This document shows, in pieces, positions 46,988 to 59,714 of a DNA stretch of 64,000 bases. The notes beneath the pieces are model-generated. The model worked only from the letters and a program-made list of their open reading frames with translations. It did not search any database and was not told where the DNA came from. The position numbers and the translations under genes were made by a program. Within the stretch, counting starts at the first letter, position 1, and each line of letters begins with the position of its first letter. Source of the DNA: Octopus sinensis (lineage: Eukaryota); assembly GCF_006345805.1 (NCBI RefSeq), contig NC_043000.1, positions 79,112,001-79,176,000 of the forward strand, in the 5' to 3' direction.

Positions 46988-49900
46988 TGTCATAATCGTG
47001 TTTCTGATCCAATTTTCACTGCAGTCCTGTACTTTCAGTCTTGCTAGAAAGTGTCATATATAGTCTCTAAGTGTAGAATAACAATGTGACTTATTAATTT
47101 GCAACACTTTCATCTCAGGGATAAATTCATCAACTATTCATTGACAGTTACTTGAATCTACTGAAGATGACTTAGAATCATTAGTAAAAATTACTTTAAC
47201 AATGAAATTGCCAGTTTTGGCAGCTTCAGGAAAATGATCCTTCTATTAATGTGATAGGCCTATTCTTCCAAAATCAATATGTTTGGCTAGGAACTCTATC
47301 TGTAATAACTGCTGCTGAAAAGCGCACTGGACAACAGATTACATGACAAAGAAACCAACTTCTTTCAAACAGAAGGTTGTCATGATCAGATCCCCAAAAT
47401 GATTCAACAGACAATAATTGTGCTTCACTTTTTCAGCTAGCCATGCTAGGGAACAAATAAAACTCACTAAAGTTAAGGTAAATGATCACACAACACACTC
47501 TACTGGATACTGAATCAGATAGGACCTTTATTTGTCTAACTCTGGCTACAGAATTTGGGCCTCCATTAACAATGTTAAGAAAGTGTATCTTTTCAACCAA
47601 TAACAGGTAATTTAAGTCCCTGGAAGGTGTTTAGCCACACAAGAGTGGGATGGACACTATTATGAAGCAGAAGTATATGCCGTTGAGTCACTCATAACAT
47701 CTATTGTATTAGGGATGGACGTTTTAAGATTGCACAAAGCACTAATGCTAAAATCTAGATAGTTAAAGGGAGCTGATATATATTGGCATTCCTCTTAAGG
47801 AATTAAGTAGCCAAGGATTAAGTCTGCTGCCCAGCATTGATATGTCTAAATTAACACTGATCACTATGAATTTGTGAAGAAATCACTATCACAGTGATTT
47901 CATTGAATGTGAAATCAAAAGAATGTTGAATGTTGACAGCATTATTCATGAAAGTAGAAGCATGTGAAGCATGTAGTTATTGAGGAAATAAGTTCCAAGA
48001 GGAAATAAGTTAAGGCTAGTAGTCGACTATTCCAACACTATAAACCCCTTTAGTCTTATTGACTCTCATCTTGCAACTAACATATATGATTTACTTGAAA
48101 AAATCATGTACAATCATTACTTTACTACTAACTTGAAAGAAGCTTATCACCGAATTCCATTGCATGAAGAGGATTTTCATTTGATGGCTTTTGAAGCTTG
48201 TAACAAACTGTTTGAATTTACTCACCTACCATTTGGCTTCACCTGTACCATCACCATCTTTCAATGCATTATGGATTCATTCATTCACAATATTTTTCTT
48301 CAACAGACCTATTGTTATATTGATGATATTATTATCAGAGATGAAACAAAGAAAGAACACAACCATAATTTGGCCAGGTTCTAGCAGACAGCTGAGTTAG
48401 CATAACAAATCAAAATGCTGTGTTGGCTTAAAATCCATCTACTTCCTAACATATGTAATAAAGAAAGGAACACTTCAACCAAATCCAGAACTTGAAGAGT
48501 CCCACAATGTTGAACAAACTGTTTAATCTAATTGGATTATTTGCATATTATGCTAAGTGGATTCCAAATTGTTTGGTTAGAATTTGTCCAAAAATATGGT
48601 TTAACCTAGGCAGTTACAAATGCCATACCAAAACTCAAAAGAGAGCTTGTGGAATCAAGCCTGGTCACTCCAGACTTTAACAAGTCATTCCTTATAGACA
48701 GATGCTTCTGATGTGACATAGGATGGAGTGTTGTCTGAGGATGAAAGGCCAATAGCATTCTATAGCCAAACACTTCAAGAGGCTGAGAGACACAAATCAG
48801 TCATAGATAAAGAAGCTTGAGCAATAATGGAATGCTGCCAACATATCATAACTGCTGTATCTTCTACTTGACCTTTCAGTATAAACCAGATGTTCAAAGT
48901 GTACCTTCTAATTTCCTTTCAAGATATAATTCAATGAACGAATTTAACAAACTGGAAGGAATTCATAAAAGGTTATACCATCCTAGAACTATGAAACTGC
49001 TACATTATTGTAGAGCCAGGAATTTACCCTTTTCAGTAAATAAAGATACCTTTCTCATACTTGTGGGATCCGTTGTGAACGAAGTCAATATTCTATTGAC
49101 CACAGCCGGAATCTGTCATACAGGTCACCCAAGCCTGGGAATGACAATCTATTGATTTTGTTGGATCAATGGCTTTATTTTTTAACGTTTGTAGATGAAT
49201 ACTCACAATACCCCTTTGTTTTTTGTGTAAGGAAATATCCAGTGAGGTGGTCAGTGATAAACTAGCTGAGCTTTTCTCCTTATCTGCAAGCTCTACTGCA
49301 ATTCACTCAGACAAGAATACTCAATTTGATGTTCAATGCCTTTCAATTGACGAATGGTGTAATCAAGACCAGAACTACTTCATATCATCCTCAAGGAAAT
49401 GGCTAATGTGAGCACATGAATGGTACTATATGCTAGTCTATAGCTCTCACCTTGAAGTCAGAAGGGCTATGCCAGACTGAGTGAACCAAGATAATTCCAT
49501 TAGCCTTAGCTTCTATCAGAGATCTTTTATGCACAGTAACCAATGAAACTCATCACAAAAGAATGTTTACTTTTTGTAGAGCCTCTAAATTTGAATCCAA
49601 TCTGCCGTCATTCTTAACCAACGTTGGTTCAGCAATTTTACATTGAAACTATCTAACTCAAAAAGGTGATTCACCTACAGAGAAGGATAAACTATTCAGA
49701 AACTCTCTCACCTAATTTTTCATGAGTACAGTATAGCAATGGCTGTGCCATTACAGTTTCATCTCATTATCTGGCTTACTATTTTTCAGATTCATTGTCA
49801 GAAAAGGGTAATCAATTGTTTCCAGACAATCCTATTCAGCCAGACCATTCTGATCAGACACCATACTGTCCAGATACACAACCAGAAACACCTATGTCAC

Positions 49901-50266
49901 CATCAGCACATCCAGCCAAACTAAGGAGATTCACTGTCACAATCAGAGTCTTCAACTTAGAGTATGAGACCAGATAATGTACAAGAACTTTGGAATTCTT
50001 GTGAACAATCCCATAACAACCAGGTCAGCTCAAGTAATGAGAAGGCCACTGCTTGATGATTATGTATAGACTTCTAACACAGTGGGGAAGACTGTCGTAA
50101 TAACGTTTCTAGTTCATTATTCACTGCTGTCATGTACTTTTGGTCTTCATTCACTTCTGTATCACTTCCATCCACAGTATATAAATTTCCTAAGTTACTC
50201 AAGTCAGCTTGTTCTTAAGATTGAATAAAACCTTTGGTTTTGACATCTTCAGCATCTACAACAACA
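46988..50266 (+). mobile_element. Decayed Ty3/gypsy LTR retrotransposon
   Basis: Gag knuckle remnant, protease LLDT, RT DLKEAYH..LPFG..YIDDII, RNase H TDASD..PIAFYS and integrase HSD..YHPQGNG. PPT AGTGGGGAAG precedes the 3' LTR at 50093-50266. The 5' LTR is partial from 46988, and the diverged TSD is GTAAC/GTAGC. Confidence 0.82.
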
Positions 50267-50269
50267 GTA

Positions 50270-50600
50270 GCCACAACCAGTATCTTAAATGTAGTGATAT
50301 TATTACAACTGACATTATAATCCAGTTATTTAATCATCTGAAATCTTAAATCTAGTAATTTAACCACAACTGGAATATTAAATCTTGTGTCTTAATCATC
50401 ACTGGAGTCTTAAATGATTCAACCACTACTAATATCTTAAATCTAGTGATCTAACTACAATTGGAGTCTTAATTTGGTTGATTAACTAAATCTGGAACCT
50501 TTAATCTTGTGATTTAAGCATATTTAGATTTAGAAATCTAGGGATTTAGTCACAATTGGAATATCAAATCTAGTAATTTAACCACATCTAGGTCTTAATT
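50270..50600. repeat. Degenerate minisatellite of about 32 bp (continues at 46880-46987 on the other side of the gypsy element)
   Basis: Recurring ACCACAACTGGA.TCTTAAATCTAGT. Confidence 0.7.
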
Positions 50601-51139
50601 TTAATGTTCTTAGAACAAATGATATTTCAGGTAGAAATCTACTGACATCTATATTAACGAAAGCAAATTTCTGTCTGTCTGTCTGGGACCCCTCTATCTC
50701 AGTCTACATTTGCTCTACATAGACATATACCTTTTTGGAATCAAGATGATCCTGGGATTGAATATCTGCCCTTCATTTGGTTCTTGAGCCTCTGGTATTG
50801 AGATCTGATTTGAAAGCATTTGGGATGCTATTTCTAGCAGGTAAAGTGACTGTGAGAGGTTTCAATGCCATAGTACAAGAGTTACCTCCCTTAACATAAA
50901 GTTTTACCTAGGAATTTAGTGGTTCTTTTATTTTTTTCAGTCATCAGACTGCAGCCACACCTTGAAGAATTTTAATCAAACAAATCAACACCAGCTCTTT
51001 CTTTTTTTTACCTGGTACTTTTTTTATTGGCCTCTTTTACTGAACCACTAAGTTACATGAACGTAGACACAGCAAAACCAGTTATCAAGCAGTAGTAGGG
51101 AACAAACAGACACAAAGCCACGATACATACATACATACA

Positions 51140-51175
<36 letters not shown>

Positions 51176-51183
51176 TATATGTA

Positions 51184-51221
<38 letters not shown>

Positions 51222-51224
51222 CAC

Positions 51225-51824
51225 AACAAGTACAGTCATCACTAAAGTGTTAGAGGATGGTAGTAAGCACCATCATTGCTAGAAGTAAGAGTCAAAATAA
51301 CTCTTAGCCATGTGAGAGCGCTTTTCTAATGGCTGGCAAGGGAGACAGGTTCCCTTCCTATGACAAGTGGGGTGGAGTCATATCAGTGCTGATTTCAGAT
51401 TTAATCAATCTTTACTATTGACCCATTAATCCATCACCAAGGGTTAAAGAAACTAAATCACCCTGTCAGCCTAATAGAGAACACCATAGGAAACATCAAC
51501 TGATTTCGAAAATGGTGAAGTGAGAATTATAAATTACTAAGGTGGTTGTTCACAATTTAGAACCAATAAGCAACAAGTACAGTCATCACTAAAATGACAG
51601 AGAGTACTAGTAAGCACCAGCATTGCCAGAAATGAGAGTCAAAACTCAGAATCGTAGAGAGGGAGCCTGTCTCTCTTGTCAGCCATTAGAAAAGTGGTCT
51701 CATGTGGCTAAGAGTTGTTTTGACTTTTATTTTTAGCAATGGTGGTGCTTACTAGCATCCTCTATCACTTTAGTGACAACTGTACATGTTGCCTATTGGT
51801 TCTAAATTGCAAATAGCCACCTTA

Positions 51825-51830
<6 letters not shown>
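51225..51830. repeat. MITE-like inverted repeat cluster
   Basis: 51530-51660 is an inverted match to 51700-51830, with an extra direct copy at 51225-51350. Confidence 0.65.
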
Positions 51831-51877
<47 letters not shown>

Positions 51878-52436
51878 TATATATATATATCTTTTATTCA
51901 AATTTTAAAAGCACTCCAAAAATTTGTGAACTTACAAGTTTTTCATTTAAACTGAATTTAACATAATACCATATTGGTAGGGTACCAACAAATGCTTTAT
52001 CATCGCTCTTCTTAGTTTTGGGCTACAAGCCCAATTAGCCCTCCACAGGAGCTAGCTTAAAAGTCTGCACAGAGTGTGAATTTTAAGCTAGTTTATGATA
52101 AAACTACATCTGTCACCAATTAAGTGACATACATACATATGTCACCAATTAAGTGACCTATCAGTTAACTTATAACTCTTGTATATAGAGCTGAGGTCTA
52201 AAATCTAGATTCTTGTATATAGATTCTTGTATATAGAGCTGTGGTCTAAAATCTAGTCATCTAAACAATACCTATATGGTTAAAATGAGTAACTTGACAA
52301 AAACTGGTCCCATTCAATCACCACTTCTTCATGAGATATAAACTAGCACCACACAATTATTACAGGTCTATGAAATTTAATCTGCAGTGTCCAAGAATGA
52401 AATTAGAAGCTATGCCTTTTATATTTTATCACTGAC

Positions 52437-52503
52437 CTTTCTGTGTAGAAACTGAGTAGTGGTACTTAAATTGCACAATTTCATCAACATAAGTACAATT
52501 TAC
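52437..52503 (-). CDS. Probable upstream host exon (67 nt, phase 0-1)
   Basis: Acceptor AACATTTCAG|GT and donor AAG|GTCAGT. The only open frame is VNCTYVDEIVQFKYHYSVSTQK, which joins in frame to the 45698 exon. Confidence 0.5.
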
Positions 52504-52597
52504 CTGAAATGTTACACCAAATTATAAAAAATTTAGACTAAAATGAACAGAAATGGACAGACAAACATCAATTTAAATATCAAAATGATTCATTGAT

Positions 52598-53098
52598 ATA
52601 CATATTGATAATAAAAAGAATGAAGAATTTGAACATTCAAACTTTGTTTATTTATAGTTGGCTTATACATAATAATTGTCCAACACGTGTTTTGATTGCA
52701 TTAATTGCATATTGTTGCATATTCATATGCAGTGGTTTATGCATTATTAGTATGATCTCTTCAGAGTCTATAAATATGACATTGTTTGGAGAGGAATTTT
52801 CCTCCATTATTAGTTTGAATTGGGCTTGGTAGCAGGAAGTAGAAAACCATGATATTCATCGATGAGCTATTTTTCACAAATGTTGTGAAAAATAGCTCAT
52901 CGATGAACAATGTCATATTTATACACTGTGAAGAGATTGTACAAATAATGCATAAACCGCTGCATATAAATATACAACAATGTGCAATTAATGCAACTGA
53001 AACATGTGTCGGACAATGATTATGAATAAACCAACAGTAAATAAACATAAAGTTTGAATGTTCAAATTCTTCATTCTCCTTATTATCAATATTGTACC
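52598..53098. mobile_element. 500-bp fold-back of two old PLE-like pseudo-LTRs with a central perfect hairpin
   Basis: Arms at about 52598-52787 and 52905-53098, each with a degenerate hammerhead fold. Perfect 25-bp stem at 52855-52879 and 52883-52907. Confidence 0.6.
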
Positions 53099-53246
53099 TT
53101 ACACTCTAAGTAGCCAAAAAAAGAACTGTAATATTGGATGGGAGTTAAAGGAAATTTACCATAAAATACATCATCTAAAAGAAGCAGCCTTGGCATTTTA
53201 TATAGAGAAATTTAGTATCTGCCTGGATATTATATCCCTCTTCTTA

Positions 53247-53379
<133 letters not shown>

Positions 53380-53653
53380 ATCCCCCACCAAATGAAGGAA
53401 AAGCACAAGAAAAAACAACAATGTGAAGACATAGTACATGCAAAGTATTAGCAGACACTCAAGGAAGGAAACAAAGGTAGTTTTATGTTTTGAGCAAAGC
53501 TCTTCTTCTGAAACAGAAGACAGAGAAAAGTTCAATAGAAAAGGCAGATGGAGGAAAAAATTGCCAACGATCCACATATGGTTACATTCCCTCTCCATTA
53601 ATACAAATTGTCAAATTCATCCTGAACACCCTGTGTGTGTGTATATATATAAA

Positions 53654-53702
<49 letters not shown>

Positions 53703-53775
53703 TGAGGGAATATTATTCCAAACTTACGGGGAAAAATTCAATTTAGAAATACTAAATCAAATTTCACAAAATATG

Positions 53776-53809
<34 letters not shown>

Positions 53810-53813
<4 letters not shown>

Positions 53814-54696
53814 TAGAAAAAAACCACCTTTTATCAATTCAATAATGAAAAATTAAATGGCTAGGAAATTGTTAATTAGATATAATAATAAATTATGGGG
53901 TAGGAAGGATACTAAAAACTATTTTGATATACCTATGGGGGCACCAGATTCTGCACAGGTTACTGATTTAGTAGGTATTTATTTATTATTAGAAAATATA
54001 AATTTAGAGGGTGGTTTATATAGGGATGACCTTTTATTACTTACTAAGGATTATACAAATAGAAAATTTGAATTATATAAAAAGAAACTTTATAATTTCT
54101 TTAAAAGATATGGTTTAAGTATTACTATTTATAATGAGAACTATAATGTTAATTATTTAGATGTTAATTTTAATTTAATAACAGGTAAAACACAACCACT
54201 TCATAAAATTAATGAAAACCTCGATATATTAAAGCTTATAGTAATCATTCACCTGTTAAAAAATCTTTGATAAATAATGTAGGTAAAAGAATATCATTAC
54301 TTTCTTATGATTTAGAGATTTTTAATAAACATGCACCTTATTATAATATAGCCCTGCATGAGGCAGGATACAGTAATAATATTATATTTTTTACTACTTG
54401 TAAACATAATTATAATGTGAAGGAGAATAATTTAAATGATTTTTATAATGATAAACCTAATTATCTGAATTATAATAAATTTTATTTAGGTATCTATCGT
54501 TTTAATAATAATAGGTATTTTGATTATGTAAATCATACATTTAATATTGGAATAAAAAATTAAAATATAAATAAAAATAAAAATAAGATAAAATTTAATT
54601 CAATTAATGAAGATAACTTCCAATCTGTTGTCTCTTGAGGTCTCTGGGTTAGACTTGGAGCCAACTTGTACAAACATAAAGCAAAAGTCAAACATA

Positions 54697-54749
<53 letters not shown>

Positions 54750-56130
54750 TAAAAGATAAAAATAAAACATGGTTCATCGTTCCTTTTGGGGCTCAGGTTA
54801 AAACAAATCTTACTAAAGAGATTTTAAATATAATTGAAATATTCATTAAGGATAATAAAAATATTCTAACGTTTTTTCTAATAATAATTTTGGAGTTGGG
54901 TATTCAACTAATAATAATGTTGGTAATATTATTTCTTCATTTAATACATTTGAATTAAATAAATTCTACAAGGATAGATTAAATATTGATTCCAATAATA
55001 ATAATAAAGACCAAGATATAATTTATTGTACATGTAGGGATAAGACTACATGTAAGTTTAATGATAATTGTAATTTAGATAATGTAGTCTATAAGTGTAT
55101 GGTAACTTTGATAAGAATTTGAATTATCATAATTTAAACACTATTTATATAGGATCCACTTCGAATATAATTAAATCAAGAGTATCTCAACATATGTAGT
55201 CTTTTTGGAATAAAAATCTAATAAATTCAACAGGTCTCAGTAAATATATTTGGAACCTTAAATCTAGATCTATTAAATATAAATTAACTTGGGAGATTAT
55301 TTGTAGGGCTAAATCATATTCTATAGGGTGTAATTACTATTTATTGTGTGATAATGAATTCAAATAAATATTATTTAATAACAATTATGTGTTAGTAAAT
55401 TCATTAGAGGAACGTAAAATTAAATGTAAACATAAGTTAGATTACCTATATAATAGGTTTAGCTAATAAATAAATGATGATACAAATTTATTAAGATATA
55501 TTGATTATATAATATAAATTAATTTAAATATAATATATATATTTTACTTATTTATTATTTGAACTTTAAATTTATGGTAAATAGTCATTTAAAATTAAAT
55601 GCTAAAATAAATTTATTTACCTATATAATACGTTTAACTTATTTTTCCGTATGTATAAAAACTTATTTCTTTTTATGTTATTTATTTCTTGTAGATATAA
55701 TTTAATAGTATTAGTGTATAATTTACTATATTATTATATGTTATATTAATATATTTGAATAATTTTAAACTTAGATATTTCTTAATATATAAATGATTAT
55801 ATATAATTTTATTAAGACCTATTAGTTATAATAATATAAATTAATTTAATATTATATGTATATTTTACGTAATAATTATTTGGAACTTAATTTATAGTAA
55901 ATAGTCATTTATAGTTCTTTTGTTATTCTATTTTTCTTTAATTCATGAAGTTTAAATATTTTTCGTCGTTTTCATTAATAAATATTTTTCGTCATTTTCA
56001 TTGATAATTGTATTCTATTTGTTTACACAACGTCATCACGAGTTTAATTTTTTATAAACGCTAAGACCTACATTTGTACGTTTAAAATTCAGTTATATTA
56101 TTTTCATCGACAAGCTAAGTAACGTTTTTT
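53810..56130 (+). mobile_element. Old, very AT-rich PLE related to the palindromic family
   Basis: YFDIPMGAPDSAQVTDLVG, GGLYRDD, NYLDVNF, TWFIVPF, CTCRDKTTC..NVVYKC, YIGST and CYLLC. Many stops. A direct repeat of about 320-bp period lies in the 3' UTR. Confidence 0.8.
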
Positions 56131-56171
56131 ATTTAACAACATTATTTAACTTTTGAATTGTATTAAGTTTG

Positions 56172-56218
<47 letters not shown>

Positions 56219-56765
56219 TATTATTATTATTATTATCATTATTATTGTTGTTGTTGTTGTTAAAATATTAATCATATCTATAAAAGAGAGGATGTGTGTG
56301 CGTGTGTGTGTGTGTGTACGTGATTGTAATTTATGCACGTCCACAAATTAGCACACATGTCGCTCCAATTTTAGGAGGACATTTGTCAAAACCCTATCTG
56401 GGCTTTGTCAACTTATTCTTTTCCCCGAGGCACCCGTGGATAGCGTAAATATCTATTTTCAGACATAGCTTTTAGTCACAAAAAATATCGGCCATTACTT
56501 TTTGACAGCGTCTAACAAAAAAAGTAAGATAAAGAAAAGTGGAAGAAGGAGGCAGAGAGTTTCACGGGAAAGACAAAGTGAGAGAGGAAGAGACAGAGAG
56601 TAAATGACGGCGTTTATGAAAATCTATTTTTAGCCATTGCTTATGGACGTCATCTAACCAAAAAAATAAGATAAAGAAAAGTGGAAGAAGGAGGCAGAGT
56701 TTCACGGGAAAGACAAAGTGAGAGAGGGAGAGAGAAAGAGAGTAAGTGATGGCGTTCATAAAAAA

Positions 56766-57282
56766 TCTATATATATAAAACTGTAGTTGTGTGAGTGTCT
56801 GTCCCCTTCGATTTAGATTCCTAACTACTCCCACATTTTGCGGTGCAGTTTAACCAAATTCGGGTATCTTATAGTCGTGATTCATATCAAGCCCGTCTGA
56901 GTATTAGCGCGCGTCTACGATGAGTCTACGATTTTAAAAATAATTTAACATCATTTTTTATTCCATTTTAATGCATAATTTTTCGTGTGTCGATGGCGGC
57001 GGAGTTGGCGTCCATGGTCACACCTGCACCTGTTTGCTTCTCCCCCTTCTTCCCTCCCTCCCTCGTGAAGCTGTGGGGAAGGGAGTGTAAGGAAATCAAC
57101 GTCGTAAAGCGTTGTCAAGGAGACCAGCGTTCTTTTAGAACAACGACTTCATGGCTTGAAGACGCCAAAACAGAAATGGCTAAGAAAGCCCGAATTGGCA
57201 TCTATAAGGGAAGTAACTCTCTAAAAATGCTTATATAGTTATTTCCCTTACAAACCCGAGCAACGCCGGGCGATACTGCTAG
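56766..57282 (+). mobile_element. Non-autonomous Helitron (517 bp)
   Basis: 5' TC after an A, GC-rich hairpin CCCGAGCAACGCCGGG at 57255-57270, 3' CTAG followed by T, and no TSD. Confidence 0.82.
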
Positions 57283-58259
57283 TAAAATGTAAAATGTTTT
57301 GTTTTTCGTTTTTGAAAGACACTATATTTTATAATTATATTATATATACTTTCTCACACAACAATTACAATATACTGCGTTCCCTTTTGTTTGTTTGTGC
57401 GCATATGTATGGGTCAGTGTGTGTGTGTGCCTATACATGCACGCATGTACGTATGTATGTGTGTGTGTGTTTGCATGTGTTTGTATGTTAGATATGTAAA
57501 TAAACAGATCGATATACAGACGGATAGGTATATAGACTATATGAACAGACACATATGGAGACACGGATCCACACATATAAAGATACACATCCATACATAC
57601 AAACATGGTACATAGTTACATAACACACACACAGAGATATGCACACACAAGGAGACAGAAGTGCATATATATACAAACACATGCTCACACACACATAGAA
57701 AATACACAAACACGGACAGGCAAACACATAAATATGCAGGATACGTACATACAGATGCACACACATACATACATATATACATATGCATACACACACATAT
57801 ATACATACAACCACATGCAAACACACACACACACATACATGCGTGCATGTATAGGCTCACACACGCACACACTGACCCACACACATGCGCACAAACAAAC
57901 AAAAGGGAACGCGGTGTAAATAACGGACAGTCAAAACTATTGAAAAGGTTGCAAGATACAACGAAAATTTTAGGAAAATAAAAATAAGAAATAACTGGTG
58001 AGTGTGTTAAATAATAAGGCACAAAAAGAAAATGACTCTCCCCAGACACAACAGAATATGCTTGAACACACGAACCCATATAAAGAATCTTGCAAACCAA
58101 ATCCCAAAACGAATTACAATATATTTATTTTAAATCATTTATTTATTTTAAATCGTTCATCTTTCTCCCCCCCCTCTCTCATACACATTACTTTGGGTGC
58201 GAAAGAGTTTTGTTTTTATTTTACGCCGAGTAAAAAAGTGTTTTGTTGACAATCTATTT

Positions 58260-58452
58260 ATTTAACAACAACAAAACAAAGAGCTGAGTAATAATTTGTC
58301 AGTGAATTACACAATATAAATGGGTACAATTTGCGAGGCTTCCACCACACCCCACTCCGTTTCACGGACCACAAAAAGGGTTTTGAGGCCAGAGTAGTTG
58401 ATTCCACGCAAAAAAAAACGATTTTTTTTTCTTAGTGAAAATCGTGCGGGTG
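58260..58452 (-). mobile_element. Terminal fragment of the TTAA foldback family
   Basis: GTGAAAATCGTGCGGGTG|TTAA (TTAA at 58453-58456). The reverse complement matches 33332-33560. Confidence 0.7.
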
Positions 58453-58569
58453 TTAATCTGCAAATTTAACAACATTTTTTCCATTCATTTCTGTTTATGA
58501 ACATGTATGCGTGCACAAAACATGCAATAGGTGTACGTACGTACGTGTGTATATGTGTGTTCGCGTCTG

Positions 58570-59644
58570 TTGCCCATATATATTTATATTATATTATATA
58601 TATATAATATATATATAATATAACTAATTTCAATGGATTTCGCCCAAATTTGACGTCTATATTACTTAGTTTGGTTTGAAATAAAGAACTTGATTAGCTT
58701 AGGTCGGGTTATACTGCTAGCTTATATATAATTTCTTGATAATTATTAGTTATGATATGGATATCTATTTATTTATTATGCTTTATTATTATTTTTATAA
58801 TGTGATTTAACGTATTACATATAATTTAATTTGAGAATTAGTTTTGTAAGACAATACATTATTTAATAGCTAGGTGGTCTATTTATTACGTAGTATTACA
58901 TTTTAAGTAAATTAGTTTAATATTAATTGATATTTTGGTCAACTATATTATTGAGTAAAATATTAAATCTATGGGTACTACATATATATTAATAATATAG
59001 TTAGTTTATCTAATAGGTGTGTAGGTGTATATATATTTGAACCATTTCCTATTTTTAATTCTAATATTTATAGCTTGTACTAACATTATATATATTACTT
59101 AACATTAAGGTTTTTAATATAAATTACTTAATGAGTTTAAGTTTTTATTTAGATGTTTATTAAATAAATAAATTAATTAATAATTTAATTTAATGTATAT
59201 AGCTAAAATTATAGTATTTAGTTTTCACTTAATGTATTTTTTGTATCTTTATATATATATTTGCTTTAAATATTTTAATTAATTGTATCTTACTTTTTAA
59301 ACAAGAATATATCTGTTAAGATATTTCGTATTTTACAAGATTATTTACGTATATTTATTAATTTATCTAATTAATTATTTTATTGTTGTTGTCTTTAACA
59401 TGAAGAGTGGCTATATTTATATTGAAGTGATTTTACTACTACTACTACTATTATTATTATTACTATTATCATTTCTTAAATATAGCCACGAAACACGTAT
59501 TGTTATTCTACCAAATATATACATTACTTAATCATTGTTATATGTTTTATCTTATATTTAATCTTTCTATAATATGTAATTTTTCTAAATGGTATAATTT
59601 AATTGTTCATTATTGGATTGATAAAAGGTGGGGTTTTTTTTCTA

Positions 59645-59648
<4 letters not shown>
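58570..59648 (+). mobile_element. AT-rich PLE pseudo-LTR/3' end with a degenerate hammerhead
   Basis: TGAAGA at 59401, perfect 13-bp stem at 59407-59419 and 59477-59489, and GAAACACGTA at 59490-59499. The terminus at 59597-59648 is the reverse complement of 53810-53858. Confidence 0.55.
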
Positions 59649-59713
<65 letters not shown>

Positions 59714-59714
59714 A

